DNA of 64,000 nt from Clostridia bacterium (GTDB lineage: Bacteria; Bacillota; Clostridia; UMGS1883): NCBI GenBank assembly GCA_045546275.1, contig JAZQCM010000001.1:256142-320141 (forward strand). The letters are read 5' to 3'. Below the pieces are notes generated by a model. The model did no database searches and was not told where the DNA came from. It saw nothing but the letters and a program-made list of their open reading frames with translations. Positions 48,957 through 59,342 of this stretch are shown piece after piece (the stretch's first letter is position 1; each line of letters starts with the position of its first letter). The translations under genes were made by a program, and so were the position numbers.

Positions 48957-49688
48957 TTAAATAAACCCACCGTCACAGGTTAAAACCTGCCCTGTAACAA
49001 AGGATGCTTTTTCACTTGCTAAAAAGTAAATAGCTTCTGCCGCTTCTTCAGGGGTGCCTATTCGGCCAAGGGAAGTTTCTTCTTTTAAATCGTTCATTGC
49101 ATCTATGTCAAGGTGCGCATTCATTTTTGTATCAATCACGCCCGGGGCAACACAGTTAACACGAATGTTTGACGGGCCGTATTCTTTAGAAAGTGATTTT
49201 GTAAGAGAAATAACCGCCGCCTTTGTGGCACTGTAGTGAGCTTCGCAAGAAGCACCTGTTATTCCCCACATGGAAGACACATTCACAATACTTCCTCGTT
49301 TACGGTCAATCATTTGGTTTAATGCGCACTGGCACATGTTGAAAACGCCTGTTACGTTAATGTCAAAAATCCTGTTCCATTCCCAAAGAGTAATGTCCAA
49401 AAAGAGTTTTTGCTGACTAACGCCTGCGTTATTTACAAGCACATCAACGTCACCTAATTTTTCGGAAAATTCCACAAAAAGGCTTTCCACCTCTTCACGG
49501 GAGGAAATATCACATCTGAAAACTTCGCAATCAACCTCTTGAGCAAGAATTTCATTTTTCAAGTTTTCCGCAGACTGAAGGTTTTTATGGTATACAATAC
49601 CAACATTGTATCCGTTCTTTGCAAAAAGACGGGCTGTTGCACTTCCTATTCCACCGCTTGCACCTGTAATCAGTACGTTTTTACGCAT
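48957..49688 (-). CDS. SDR oxidoreductase, FabG/YmfI-like
   Basis: TGASGGIG, NNAG, YSATK; SSMWG.TGASCE resembles the YmfI subfamily. Confidence 0.88.
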   Translation of the reverse strand: MRKNVLITGASGGIGSATARLFAKNGYNVGIVYHKNLQSAENLKNEILAQEVDCEVFRCDISSREEVESLFVEFSEKLGDVDVLVNNAGVSQQKLFLDITLWEWNRIFDINVTGVFNMCQCALNQMIDRKRGSIVNVSSMWGITGASCEAHYSATKAAVISLTKSLSKEYGPSNIRVNCVAPGVIDTKMNAHLDIDAMNDLKEETSLGRIGTPEEAAEAIYFLASEKASFVTGQVLTCDGGFI

Positions 49689-51042
49689 TTTCATCACCCT
49701 TTATATAGCTTACTACATCTCTCAAATTCTTCACGCTTATAATTTGTATACCTTCGGTTTTTTCAATTGAACCCAACGCATCAAAGGGCATCATACACTT
49801 TTTAAAGCCAAGCTTTTTGCTTTCGTTCAGCCTTCTTTGAGCCATGGAAACGGTTCTTAATTCCCCTGTTAAGCCAATTTCACCAAAGAAGGTCATATCC
49901 TCAGGCAAAGGCTTATTCAGATAGCAGGAGATTATTGCACACACAATGCCTAAATCGCAGGCATTTTCGGGAATTTTAATGCCTCCTGTTACGTTTATGT
50001 AAACATCGTTTTCACTCATTTTAAAAACAAGAGCCTTTTCCAGCACAGCACACATTAAGGTTAAGCGATTGTAGTCAACACCGTCGCTTGTTCGCCTTGG
50101 TGCGGCAAAGCTTGTTTTAACGCAAAGCGCCTGTATTTCGGCAAGGATTGGTCTTGTGCCTTCAATTGCACAAACAACTGCACTTCCGGGAACATCAACA
50201 GGTCGCCCCGACAAAAGCATTAATGATGGGTCGGGAACATCGCAAAGACCTCTGTCGCGCATTTCAAACACACCAATTTCATCTGTTGAACCAAAACGGT
50301 TTTTAACAGCACGGACAATTCGATAGCTCTGATGTCTTTCACCTTCAAAGTACAAAACACAGTCTACCATATGTTCCAAAACTCTTGGACCTGCAATACT
50401 GCCTTCCTTGGTTACATGACCAACAATGAAAAACGCAATGCCGTTTTCTTTGGCAGTTTTCATAAACTGAAGTGTGCACTCTCTTACCTGCCCAACACTT
50501 CCGGGCGCCGACGACAGCTCGGAAGAATAAATAGTTTGTATTGAGTCAATAATGCAAACCTTTGCACCGCTTGATTTAACAGCGTCAATAATACTTGAAA
50601 GGTCAGTTTCGTTGGCAATAAGCATATCGGAATTTTTAATTCCCAAGCGCTCCGCACGGATTTTAATCTGCTTTTCGCTTTCTTCGCCCGATATGTACAA
50701 AACATTTTCTTTTTTTGCACAAAAGGCTGCAACCTGTAAAAGAAGTGTTGATTTACCAATACCCGGCTCACCACCGCAAAGCACTAAGCTGCCACGAACA
50801 ATACCGCCACCTAAAACACGGTCAAGCTCAACACTTCCCGAGCTTGTTCGCTCTTCGTTTTCCATGGTGATTTCATCTATTTTTTTAAGCTCGGTCTTTT
50901 TAATACTTTCACTTATTGCACTTGTTTTTTCTGCCTTTTCTTCAATAAAACTCATAAAGGTTTCGCAGGAAGGACATTTGCCAAGCCATTTTATGGCTTC
51001 ATAGCCACATTCCTTGCATATAAAAACAGTTTTCGCTTTCAT
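49681..51042 (-). CDS. radA: DNA repair protein RadA/Sms
   Basis: CKECG...CPSC, GEPGIGKST, KNRFG, GEIGLTGE. Confidence 0.97.
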   Translation of the reverse strand: MKAKTVFICKECGYEAIKWLGKCPSCETFMSFIEEKAEKTSAISESIKKTELKKIDEITMENEERTSSGSVELDRVLGGGIVRGSLVLCGGEPGIGKSTLLLQVAAFCAKKENVLYISGEESEKQIKIRAERLGIKNSDMLIANETDLSSIIDAVKSSGAKVCIIDSIQTIYSSELSSAPGSVGQVRECTLQFMKTAKENGIAFFIVGHVTKEGSIAGPRVLEHMVDCVLYFEGERHQSYRIVRAVKNRFGSTDEIGVFEMRDRGLCDVPDPSLMLLSGRPVDVPGSAVVCAIEGTRPILAEIQALCVKTSFAAPRRTSDGVDYNRLTLMCAVLEKALVFKMSENDVYINVTGGIKIPENACDLGIVCAIISCYLNKPLPEDMTFFGEIGLTGELRTVSMAQRRLNESKKLGFKKCMMPFDALGSIEKTEGIQIISVKNLRDVVSYIKGDENA

Positions 51043-51071
51043 TTTATCATCCCTTTGTGTCAACTAAATTC

Positions 51072-51100
51072 ATTATAACAAAATGATGTATATTTTTCAA
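51072..51100 (-). promoter_or_regulatory. Sigma-A promoter of radA
   Basis: TTGAAA-17-TATAAT with TG before the -10. Confidence 0.65.
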
Positions 51101-51176
51101 TATTTTTTAAATTAAATATAGCATATTTAGTTAATCTGTGTTATAATATTTATATTGTACAAGCGAGGTGACATTA

Positions 51177-51716
51177 ATGGATTATCATTTTGACAGCAAA
51201 GAAGACATTAAGCTGATTATTCTTACGGTAATCAAGGCTTTTAATATTCCTGTTTCAAACTCAATGATTGTTGACACGGTGCTTACTCATGCGTTTGCTG
51301 AGTATTTTGATATACAGCAGTACCTTTACGAATTAACCGATGCACAGATGGTTACTTATTATTCAGAGGACGAGGTTAGGTATTATTCATTGACCAGAAA
51401 GGGCAAGGACGCTGTGGAGTTCTTTTCACAAAAAATCCCCCGCACTGTTCGTGAAAGGCTTTTTAACACAGCAAAAATCAAGGCTAAAGAGCTTATGGAC
51501 AGCCTTAGCGTGAAGGCGGAATATTATCCCGAAAATGATTTTGAATATACTGTTTCAATGCGTATTGTTGAGCAAGGCTATGACATGTTCAATCTTAAAA
51601 TGAGCGTTGGCAGCGAATCAATAGCAAAAGCAATGTGCGCACAATTTGAAAAGGATTCGGAAAACATTTATTTGAAGGTGTTCTCACTTTTCGTTGATGA
51701 AAATAGCGAAATTTGA
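51177..51716 (+). CDS. DUF4364 family winged-helix protein
   Basis: IKLIIL, YFDIQQ.L.EL, Y.LT.KG...F...IP pattern. Confidence 0.8.
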   Translation: MDYHFDSKEDIKLIILTVIKAFNIPVSNSMIVDTVLTHAFAEYFDIQQYLYELTDAQMVTYYSEDEVRYYSLTRKGKDAVEFFSQKIPRTVRERLFNTAKIKAKELMDSLSVKAEYYPENDFEYTVSMRIVEQGYDMFNLKMSVGSESIAKAMCAQFEKDSENIYLKVFSLFVDENSEI

Positions 51717-51736
51717 CATATTTGAAAATATAGCAC

Positions 51737-51765
51737 TTGACTTGTTTTTCACAAAATTATATAAT
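51737..51765 (+). promoter_or_regulatory. Sigma-A promoter of galK
   Basis: TTGACT-17-TATAAT. Confidence 0.75.
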
Positions 51766-51815
51766 TATCTTATAGCGTACTATTTTAAAATTTTTAATAA
51801 AAGGAGTATGGACAA

Positions 51816-53003
51816 ATGACAATTGCAGAACTTAAAAAGGAGTTTATCAAATACTACGGAGGTAGCGAAGAAGATATCCGTATCTTTATGTCTCCCGGTA
51901 GAGTAAACCTTATCGGTGAACATACCGACTATTGCGGTGGCTTCGTATTCCCCGCAGCTATCACAATGGGTACATATATTGCTGCAAGAAAGACTGATGA
52001 CAAAATCATCAAGATGCGTGCAACAGACCTTCCCGATTATGTTGAAGCTGATGCTACAAGAATTAACGACTACAAGCACCTTTCCTGGGGTAACTATCAG
52101 TTAGGTGTTGCTGCTGAACTTGAAAAGCGCGGCTATGAAATCGTTGGTTGTGAACTTTTGTTTGACGACACAATTCCTCACGGTGGCGGTCTTTCCTCCT
52201 CTGCAGCTATCGAAGTTGCTACAGCTATCACATTTGCAACATTCTCTAATGAATTAAAGGGTATTACAGAACCCCTCGATATGATTGAAATGGCTCTTTG
52301 CGGTCAGGGTGCTGAAAACAACTACTGTGGCGTTAACTGCGGTATTATGGACCAGTTTGCTTCCGCTATGGGCAAAAAGGATCACGTTATTTTCCTCGAC
52401 TGCAGAAAGCTTGAAGATTACAAGCTTGTTCCTCTTAAGATGGATGGTTATAAGATTGTTATTTCCAACACAAACAAGAAGAGAAGCCTTGCTGACAGTA
52501 AGTACAACGAAAGAAGAGCTGAAACAGAAGAAGGTTTGGCTGAACTTCAGCAGGCTCTCCCCAACGCTACTTGCCTTGGCGACATTTCCCTTGAGGAATT
52601 TGAAGCTAACAAGCACCTTATCAAGCGTGACATAGTTCGTCAGAGAGTAACTCATGTTATTGAAGAAGACGACAGAGTATTAAAGTCCATTGAAGCTTTA
52701 CAGAAGGGCGATATTTTGGAATTTGGCAGACTCATCAATGCCAGCGGCGATTCTCTCCGTGACCTTTACGAAGTAACAGGAAAAGAGCTTGACACATTAG
52801 TTTCCGAAGCAAGAAAGATTGATGGTACAATTGGTTCCAGAATGACAGGCGCAGGCTTTGGCGGTTGCACAATGAGCATTGTTCGTGAAGATGCTGTTGA
52901 TAAGTTCATTGAAGAAGTTGGTAAGGCTTATAACGAAATTATCGGCTACCCCGCTTCCTTCTATGTTGATGACATCGGTGACGGCGGCCACGAAGTAAAG
53001 TAA
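51816..53003 (+). CDS. galK: Galactokinase
   Basis: PGRVNLIGEHTDY, GGGLSSSAA, CGIMDQF, GAGFGG. Confidence 0.96.
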   Translation: MTIAELKKEFIKYYGGSEEDIRIFMSPGRVNLIGEHTDYCGGFVFPAAITMGTYIAARKTDDKIIKMRATDLPDYVEADATRINDYKHLSWGNYQLGVAAELEKRGYEIVGCELLFDDTIPHGGGLSSSAAIEVATAITFATFSNELKGITEPLDMIEMALCGQGAENNYCGVNCGIMDQFASAMGKKDHVIFLDCRKLEDYKLVPLKMDGYKIVISNTNKKRSLADSKYNERRAETEEGLAELQQALPNATCLGDISLEEFEANKHLIKRDIVRQRVTHVIEEDDRVLKSIEALQKGDILEFGRLINASGDSLRDLYEVTGKELDTLVSEARKIDGTIGSRMTGAGFGGCTMSIVREDAVDKFIEEVGKAYNEIIGYPASFYVDDIGDGGHEVK

Positions 53004-53018
53004 TTAAAATACATATTT

Positions 53019-53046
53019 AAGAGGATATCTATGATATCCTCTTTTT
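53019..53046 (+). terminator. Rho-independent terminator
   Basis: AAGAGGATATC-tat-GATATCCTCTTTTT. Confidence 0.85.
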
Positions 53047-53118
53047 CTTTTTAAAGCATTGCCTTTTACCCTTACTTATGGTAGAATTATTGTATTATAA
53101 ACTATAAGGTGATTTATT

Positions 53119-56100
53119 ATGAAAAAAGTTTTATCAATTATACTCTCGTTAGTTATTTTTCTGTCCACACTCAGCATTCCGATAGTTGCAAAGGAATATG
53201 AGAACGCCCTTGTTTTGTACTATTCTTTCGACAATGGCGGTGCTGCTGACATAGGCGACGATGCCCAGTGCTTTAATGTTAGCTTTTCAGAAACAGAATC
53301 TGTTATTGGGAAAGCAATGTTTCTTGACGGGAATTCCTCATATTTACAGCTTTCCTCAAATCTTAATGAGCATTTAAGCGGTGATTTCACCATTTCTACC
53401 TGGGCAAGATTTGACTCACTTAACTGGTGGATGCGCTTGTTTGACTTTGGTTCAGGCAACACAAACTATGCTTTTTTGGGCCTTTCTGCTCCTAACGATA
53501 TCCGTTATGCTCTTTTGACCGACAAAACAAAAACCGAGCTTAATATGACAGCTATTGGTAAAATACAAGAAGATACATGGTCGCACTTTACCCTTGTGCG
53601 TGAAAAAAAAGTTATGAAGCTTTACATAAACGGTGTTTTAATGTGCGAAAGTAAAATTTTTGGCGAAAACTCCCCTTGCGACATATCCTCTTCACAAAAC
53701 TACATAGGAAAATCCCAGTTTTCCGCAGACCCTTATTTTCATGGATATATTGACGAATTCAAGGTTTTCAGCAAGGCACTTAACAAAAGAGAAATTGTTG
53801 TAAACATGGCGGATAATATAAAGGCAGATTTTGCCCACACTATCCCCTTGCATTCAAACCTTTATGACGGATACACTGCAAAGGAAAGCCTTAACCTTAT
53901 ATCATTTGAAACCGAAAACACAAGCATTTTATGGTCTTCTAACAATGAAGATGTTATTGCACCTGATGGCACAGTTATACGCGGTGAATTTGATGAAGAT
54001 GTGTTAGTTACTGCAAAAGTTTCAACTAATGGAGTTGAAAGCGAATACACATACAAGGTTTTTGTCCCATCAAAGAATGAAGTTGATGCAAAAATAACTA
54101 TTGATGCAAACAAAAAGGGCGTTGACATAAACCCTGATATGATAGGCTTATTCTTCGAGGATATCAACTACGCCGCTGATGGCGGTTTGTATGCCGAGCT
54201 CATACAAAACCGTTCCTTTGAAAACGTGAATGCACAGTGGGATGCAGTTTTAAAGCCGATACCCGGCCATGCATGGACAATTAATGCAGCTGACTATCAG
54301 TTCATGACCGAAGGTGGTTTGAACGAAAACAACCCTACATATTTACGTATTAACAATCCTTCCTCATTAGCTTCATTTTCAAACATATGCTACGAAGGAT
54401 TCAGCGTAAAAAAAGGTGAAAAGCTTGATTTTTCTGCCTTTCTGCGAATCGAAGGTGAAAAACCAGGCAAGCTGATGGTAACAGTTCTTGACAACGACCG
54501 CCTTATTGGCAGATGCTTTATTGAAGATATTACAAACGAGTGGACTAAACACGAGGAAGTTATCACAGCAGTTGCCGACAGTAACAATGCAACGGTGAAA
54601 ATCACCATTTTATCTGATTTCGAAGGAACGATTGACTTTGATATGGTTTCACTCTTCCCTCAGAACACCTGGATGAACAGGAAAAACGGATTAAGAAAAG
54701 ATTTGGTGCAGATGTTAAAAGACTTACATCCGGGATTTCTCAGATTCCCCGGTGGCTGTATTATTGAAGGGTACAACCTTTCAAATCGATACAGCTGGAA
54801 AGATACAGTTGGTCCTGTTGAAGAGAGAAAAGAAAACTGGAACCGCTGGCAGATGCACACAGGCGGAGACGGAAGATATGCTTACTGCCAGAGCTACGGC
54901 TTAGGCTTTTATGAATATTTCCTTCTTTGTGAAGATATTGGTGCATTCCCTCTTCCGGTTGTGAATGTGGGTATTGGTTGCCAGTATCAGACGGGCGATG
55001 TTTCCTCGATGGATGATTTGTATTCAATATACATTCAGGATGCCCTTGATTTAATTGAATTTGCAAACGGTGACACTGACACCAAATGGGGCTCTGTTCG
55101 TGCTGAAATGGGTCATAGCGAGCCTTTTAATCTTGAATATATCGGCATTGGCAACGAGCAATGGGAAACAGACAGAGTTAATTTCTTTGAGCGTTACGAA
55201 GCCTTTGAAGAAGAAATTCATAAGGTTTATCCCGACATTAAGCTTATCGCCACCTCGGGGCCTGATGCGAGTGGCGCAAGATATGACGATGCATGGAGCT
55301 TTTTAAAGGCTCATGCTATTAATGGAGAAGACAACTTTGCATTTGCAGTTGATGAGCACTATTATCGCACACCCGAATGGTTTTATACAAACCTTGACCG
55401 TTACGACGGTTTTGACAGAAATGGCTATAAGGTATTCCCGGGTGAATACGCATCAAGAAATAGCCAGAGTCTCAGCGAAAACAACATGAACTCCGCCCTT
55501 TCCATTGCAGCATTTATGACAAGCCTTGAAAAGAATGCCGACGTAGTAGCGCTTGCATCCTATGCCCCCCTTTTCGCCCGAGAAGGCTTTACTCAGTGGG
55601 CACCCGACCTGATTGGCTTTAATAATTCATCAGTTTACGGTTCACCTGATTACTACGTGCAAAGCATGTACTCAAACAATTTAGGCTCTTACACCATTGA
55701 AAACAAAACCGAAAACTATAAAAACAGCTTCACTCCTCACGGAAGAGTTGGCATAAGCACATGGACAACCTCTGCTGAATTTTATGATATAAAAATCACC
55801 AACAATTTAACAGGAGAAGAAATTGAATTAGGTGAGCCTGTAATCACAGGTAACGGCAGCTGGTACAAATCTGAAAAAGGTTACACCCAGGAAGATGTAA
55901 ATGCTCAGGCTCCTGCCCTTCTTTTCGGCACAGAAGACATGGAAAACTACACCTTTACATTAAAGGCTAAAAAGCACTCAGGCACAGAAGGGTTCCTTAT
56001 TCCCGTAATGTGGGAAAACGAGCAAAACTATTTCACATGTAACATTGGAGGCTGGGGCAATACCTACAGTGCTATCCAGCGAACAGTTAATGGTACTACA

Positions 56101-57036
56101 AACGAATATTCAGTGCAAAATACTACTACATTTATTGAACAGGGGCGTGAATATGAAATCAAAATAACCGTTGAGCCACACAAGCTCACCTGTTATCTTG
56201 ATGGTGAAGTTGTAAACTTTGCATCTTTCAGACAAAATGTTTATTCCACATCCTCCTTGGATGAAGAAACAGGCGATATTATTGTAAAGGCTGTTAACAC
56301 AACGGGCGACGTTATGGAAACTGAGTTTAATATTTCTGCCGACTTTATTAACCCAATTGCACATGTAACCGAGCTTTCAACAGACGACATATGGAAATTC
56401 AACTCAACTGCAATACCCGAAAATGTTTCACCGATAAGCTTTAAAGCGTCGGTTTCTGATAGCTTCAACTACTTCCTCCCTGCAAATTCCTTTACTGTTT
56501 TCCGTATTCATACCAAGGATAAAAGTCAGGTAGTTGAAAGCGTAGAAAATGTGAATATAACAGCTAATAAGCACGACATAATCACATTGCCCGACACGGT
56601 AGATTGCACCTTTATGGATAACAGCAAGGCTTCTCTTCCTGTTGTATGGGATTTTGTTCCCGAAGAATTTACCGAACACGCAAACACAAAACGCATTGAA
56701 GGAAAAGTTTTAGGTACAAACCTTTATACTTATGCCACTGTTAAAATACAGGAAACCGACAAGGCAATCCTATACGAAAGCGATATTACCTATGATGAAA
56801 AAAACGCTTATTTTACTGTTGCGTTTTCGGAAGGAATAACCGAGGGGTTTGCGTTGAAGGCAATTGTGGCAGGATATAACGAGGAAAATATTTTAAGTCA
56901 TGTTAAAACAAAACCATTAACTTTGGAAAATCCCGATGCGACAATTGCAATTGATAGTGTTTTCCCCAAAAACAGAGTAAAGCTTTTTATTATGAATAAA
57001 TTTAACTACATTACAGACTATGTGTCGGTTAAATAA
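53119..57036 (+). CDS. Secreted multidomain GH51 alpha-L-arabinofuranosidase (LamG, Ig-like, GH51, C-terminal Ig-like domains)
   Basis: Signal peptide; LamG (WMRLFDFG, G.IDEF); FFEDIN..DGGLYAEL, RFPGGC, IGNE acid/base, GEY nucleophile. Confidence 0.92.
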   Translation: MKKVLSIILSLVIFLSTLSIPIVAKEYENALVLYYSFDNGGAADIGDDAQCFNVSFSETESVIGKAMFLDGNSSYLQLSSNLNEHLSGDFTISTWARFDSLNWWMRLFDFGSGNTNYAFLGLSAPNDIRYALLTDKTKTELNMTAIGKIQEDTWSHFTLVREKKVMKLYINGVLMCESKIFGENSPCDISSSQNYIGKSQFSADPYFHGYIDEFKVFSKALNKREIVVNMADNIKADFAHTIPLHSNLYDGYTAKESLNLISFETENTSILWSSNNEDVIAPDGTVIRGEFDEDVLVTAKVSTNGVESEYTYKVFVPSKNEVDAKITIDANKKGVDINPDMIGLFFEDINYAADGGLYAELIQNRSFENVNAQWDAVLKPIPGHAWTINAADYQFMTEGGLNENNPTYLRINNPSSLASFSNICYEGFSVKKGEKLDFSAFLRIEGEKPGKLMVTVLDNDRLIGRCFIEDITNEWTKHEEVITAVADSNNATVKITILSDFEGTIDFDMVSLFPQNTWMNRKNGLRKDLVQMLKDLHPGFLRFPGGCIIEGYNLSNRYSWKDTVGPVEERKENWNRWQMHTGGDGRYAYCQSYGLGFYEYFLLCEDIGAFPLPVVNVGIGCQYQTGDVSSMDDLYSIYIQDALDLIEFANGDTDTKWGSVRAEMGHSEPFNLEYIGIGNEQWETDRVNFFERYEAFEEEIHKVYPDIKLIATSGPDASGARYDDAWSFLKAHAINGEDNFAFAVDEHYYRTPEWFYTNLDRYDGFDRNGYKVFPGEYASRNSQSLSENNMNSALSIAAFMTSLEKNADVVALASYAPLFAREGFTQWAPDLIGFNNSSVYGSPDYYVQSMYSNNLGSYTIENKTENYKNSFTPHGRVGISTWTTSAEFYDIKITNNLTGEEIELGEPVITGNGSWYKSEKGYTQEDVNAQAPALLFGTEDMENYTFTLKAKKHSGTEGFLIPVMWENEQNYFTCNIGGWGNTYSAIQRTVNGTTNEYSVQNTTTFIEQGREYEIKITVEPHKLTCYLDGEVVNFASFRQNVYSTSSLDEETGDIIVKAVNTTGDVMETEFNISADFINPIAHVTELSTDDIWKFNSTAIPENVSPISFKASVSDSFNYFLPANSFTVFRIHTKDKSQVVESVENVNITANKHDIITLPDTVDCTFMDNSKASLPVVWDFVPEEFTEHANTKRIEGKVLGTNLYTYATVKIQETDKAILYESDITYDEKNAYFTVAFSEGITEGFALKAIVAGYNEENILSHVKTKPLTLENPDATIAIDSVFPKNRVKLFIMNKFNYITDYVSVK

Positions 57037-57074
57037 GAAAGAAGGACTTCAACAGAAGTCCTTCTTTCTTATTT
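57031..57074. terminator. Bidirectional terminator (20-bp perfect inverted repeat covering both stop codons)
   Basis: AAATAAGAAAGAAGGACTTC-aaca-GAAGTCCTTCTTTCTTATTT. Confidence 0.85.
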
Positions 57075-58034
57075 GAAAAGCTCGTATAAATACAATGAGT
57101 TTCCGCTTACAAGATCAAACATTTCAATTTGTTTACCATAGTAAGTGTTTCGATAAAAAAGCTTATCATCTAAAATATTAATATCATAAATATCGTTTTC
57201 AAGTTCTTTTAAAATAGTAATTTCCTTAGTCTCTATATCCACCTTTTTCAGATACTGTTTTTTATCTTCAATTGCGCTGTAATAGTAGCAAATATTGTCA
57301 TACACCGTAAACTCTTCGCTGAATTCATCCGTTACGATAATTTCATGCTCCTTCGTATTCATATCAAATTTACAAAAATCGTAATAGTTCATATCCTTAC
57401 GCTTTGTGTAATAAATATTTGCACCGTCACAAAGTATATTTGACGCCAGATGAGCATCTGAAATTTCAAACAGCTCAGTAATCTTCTTTGTTTCAAAATC
57501 GAGCATTTTTACAGCTTTAGTTTCAGGCACTGACACATAGTAAAGGTGTTTTTCGTCAGAATACACACCATAGCCCATATCGGGAATATCATACTTAAAA
57601 AGCCTTACACCATCTTCTCTAAGTTTAACAACCTCTTTATCGTCACAAACTATAAAACCATCTTCCAATGGCGCAAAATAGCTTATACTGAACCCTGCAT
57701 ATATCCACTTACTGTTCCCCGTTAAAAGGTCAACACATTTGATTTTTCCGTCAAAAGTATTTTCGCTGTCTTCGTCGTTTCCAAAAAAATAAACATTATT
57801 CCCTACAACATAGGGATTATAGCAATATTCATGAACAATCTGCTCTGACAAAGAAAAGTCCTTTGTTGCAACATATAAGCCGTTGGTAAGGTTAAGTACA
57901 TAAAAGTCCTCGTACTTTCCAACAAGCACCTGGCTGTTTCTGTTAGGGTCGTAATTTTCATTAATTACAAACTTTTCTGCGCCACAGCCTGCTAAAAGCA
58001 GAACACACAGAAAAACTAAAAAAGTTCTTTTCAA
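57069..58034 (-). CDS. Beta-propeller lipoprotein (DUF5050-like)
   Basis: Lipobox LAGC; repeated Tyr-rich IYY/LFY strands; TTG start after GAGGTG. Confidence 0.7.
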   Translation of the reverse strand: MKRTFLVFLCVLLLAGCGAEKFVINENYDPNRNSQVLVGKYEDFYVLNLTNGLYVATKDFSLSEQIVHEYCYNPYVVGNNVYFFGNDEDSENTFDGKIKCVDLLTGNSKWIYAGFSISYFAPLEDGFIVCDDKEVVKLREDGVRLFKYDIPDMGYGVYSDEKHLYYVSVPETKAVKMLDFETKKITELFEISDAHLASNILCDGANIYYTKRKDMNYYDFCKFDMNTKEHEIIVTDEFSEEFTVYDNICYYYSAIEDKKQYLKKVDIETKEITILKELENDIYDINILDDKLFYRNTYYGKQIEMFDLVSGNSLYLYELFK

Positions 58035-58048
58035 AATAAACACCTCAC

Positions 58049-58076
58049 AAAAAGGCAGAATTTCTTCTGCCTTTTT
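58049..58076 (-). terminator. Terminator after pepP
   Basis: AAAAAGGCAGAA-tttc-TTCTGCCTTTTT. Confidence 0.8.
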
Positions 58077-58078
58077 TG

Positions 58079-59320
58079 TTAATTCATTATACTTTCAATT
58101 TCTTCAATGCTCCTGGGAACATCCTTCGAAAGGTTTTCACAGCCTGTTTCAGTAATAAGGCAGTTATCTTCCAATCTGAATCCAATACCCCATTCTTCGC
58201 AGTAAATACCAACATCAACACAGAATACCATTCCGGGAGCAATTTCCGGTTCTTTAAGCGAAACAACGTCATGAGTATCAAAACCAACATGGTGCGCACC
58301 ACCGTGCCAGATTAATTTTCCGGGGTCTTCATCACGACCCAAAACTCCAACCTCACGAAGACGCTTTGCATTGTATTCCTTTGCAGTTTTATCAACGTCC
58401 GCCATTTTAAAACCGGGCTTTAAAATTGAGAACATGTAGTTGCTTGTTTCGTATGCACATTCATAAAGTGCTTTCTGCTTATCGGAAAACTTGCCGTTAC
58501 AGGGCCATCCACGTGACACGTCTGTTCCACAAAAATCCCAAACCGCACCAACGTCATTAAGAATCATGTCACCATCCTGAGCCTGACCCAAATAGTCATA
58601 ATAATGGATGCAGAAATTGTTCTTGCCTGCAGAAATAATCGGAGGGAACATGGGACTAAGCACACCATGCTGCATAAGAGCGTAATCCCATTCAGCTTTG
58701 TACTGATACTCGTACATGCCGGGTTTTGAAGCTTTCATCATACGGATAATACCTTCGCGATTGATTTCCTCGGCTTTACGCATTGCTTCAATTTCACAGG
58801 GTTTTTTAATTGTTCTTATAGTTGCAATTGTTTTATGAATATTCTTAAGATTTATGTAAGGATATTCCTTCTTTATAATTTCAGCAAGAACAAAAGCTTC
58901 ACGGGGCTGTTCATTGTCAAAAAGCTTGTCAAAATCAAGGCATACTGTGTCAATCTTTCCGCTTGTTGCAAGATTTTTAATGTATGCACCAAACTCATTC
59001 ACATATCTGTAGTTTTTTACTCCGGAAATTTCTTCCGCTTCGTGTGCCTTAATACGTGCACCATTCCACCTTTCAGCGTGAGCATCCGGAGGAGGAATAA
59101 ACATTGTCTCTTCAACACCTGACTCGGTTTTTACTGCTGTAAAAATAATGTTTTCCTTTGTAACACCTGTCATGTACACAAAGCTACGGTCCGCAAAAAA
59201 AGGATATGGTTCATCTGCAGTTTTTCTTGGAGCGTGACCTGAATACAAAACAACTAAATTACCTGTACCAAGTGTGTCATAAAGCGATTGTCTGTTGCCC
59301 ATATAAAACGTTCTGTCCAT
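58079..59320 (-). CDS. pepP: Xaa-Pro aminopeptidase (M24B, aminopeptidase P)
   Basis: AMP_N domain (F.Y.TG), IHY, ND.G, TDVSR, HHVG.DTHD, GFRLED. Confidence 0.9.
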   Translation of the reverse strand: MDRTFYMGNRQSLYDTLGTGNLVVLYSGHAPRKTADEPYPFFADRSFVYMTGVTKENIIFTAVKTESGVEETMFIPPPDAHAERWNGARIKAHEAEEISGVKNYRYVNEFGAYIKNLATSGKIDTVCLDFDKLFDNEQPREAFVLAEIIKKEYPYINLKNIHKTIATIRTIKKPCEIEAMRKAEEINREGIIRMMKASKPGMYEYQYKAEWDYALMQHGVLSPMFPPIISAGKNNFCIHYYDYLGQAQDGDMILNDVGAVWDFCGTDVSRGWPCNGKFSDKQKALYECAYETSNYMFSILKPGFKMADVDKTAKEYNAKRLREVGVLGRDEDPGKLIWHGGAHHVGFDTHDVVSLKEPEIAPGMVFCVDVGIYCEEWGIGFRLEDNCLITETGCENLSKDVPRSIEEIESIMN

Positions 59321-59342
59321 TGTTTTGTCTCTCCTTAGTTGA

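Noticed and set aside
51816-57036. galK and GH51 as one arabinogalactan operon
   Set aside because: A strong terminator and a separate promoter (TTGCCT-17-TAGAAT) lie between them; no transporter or galT/galE is adjacent.
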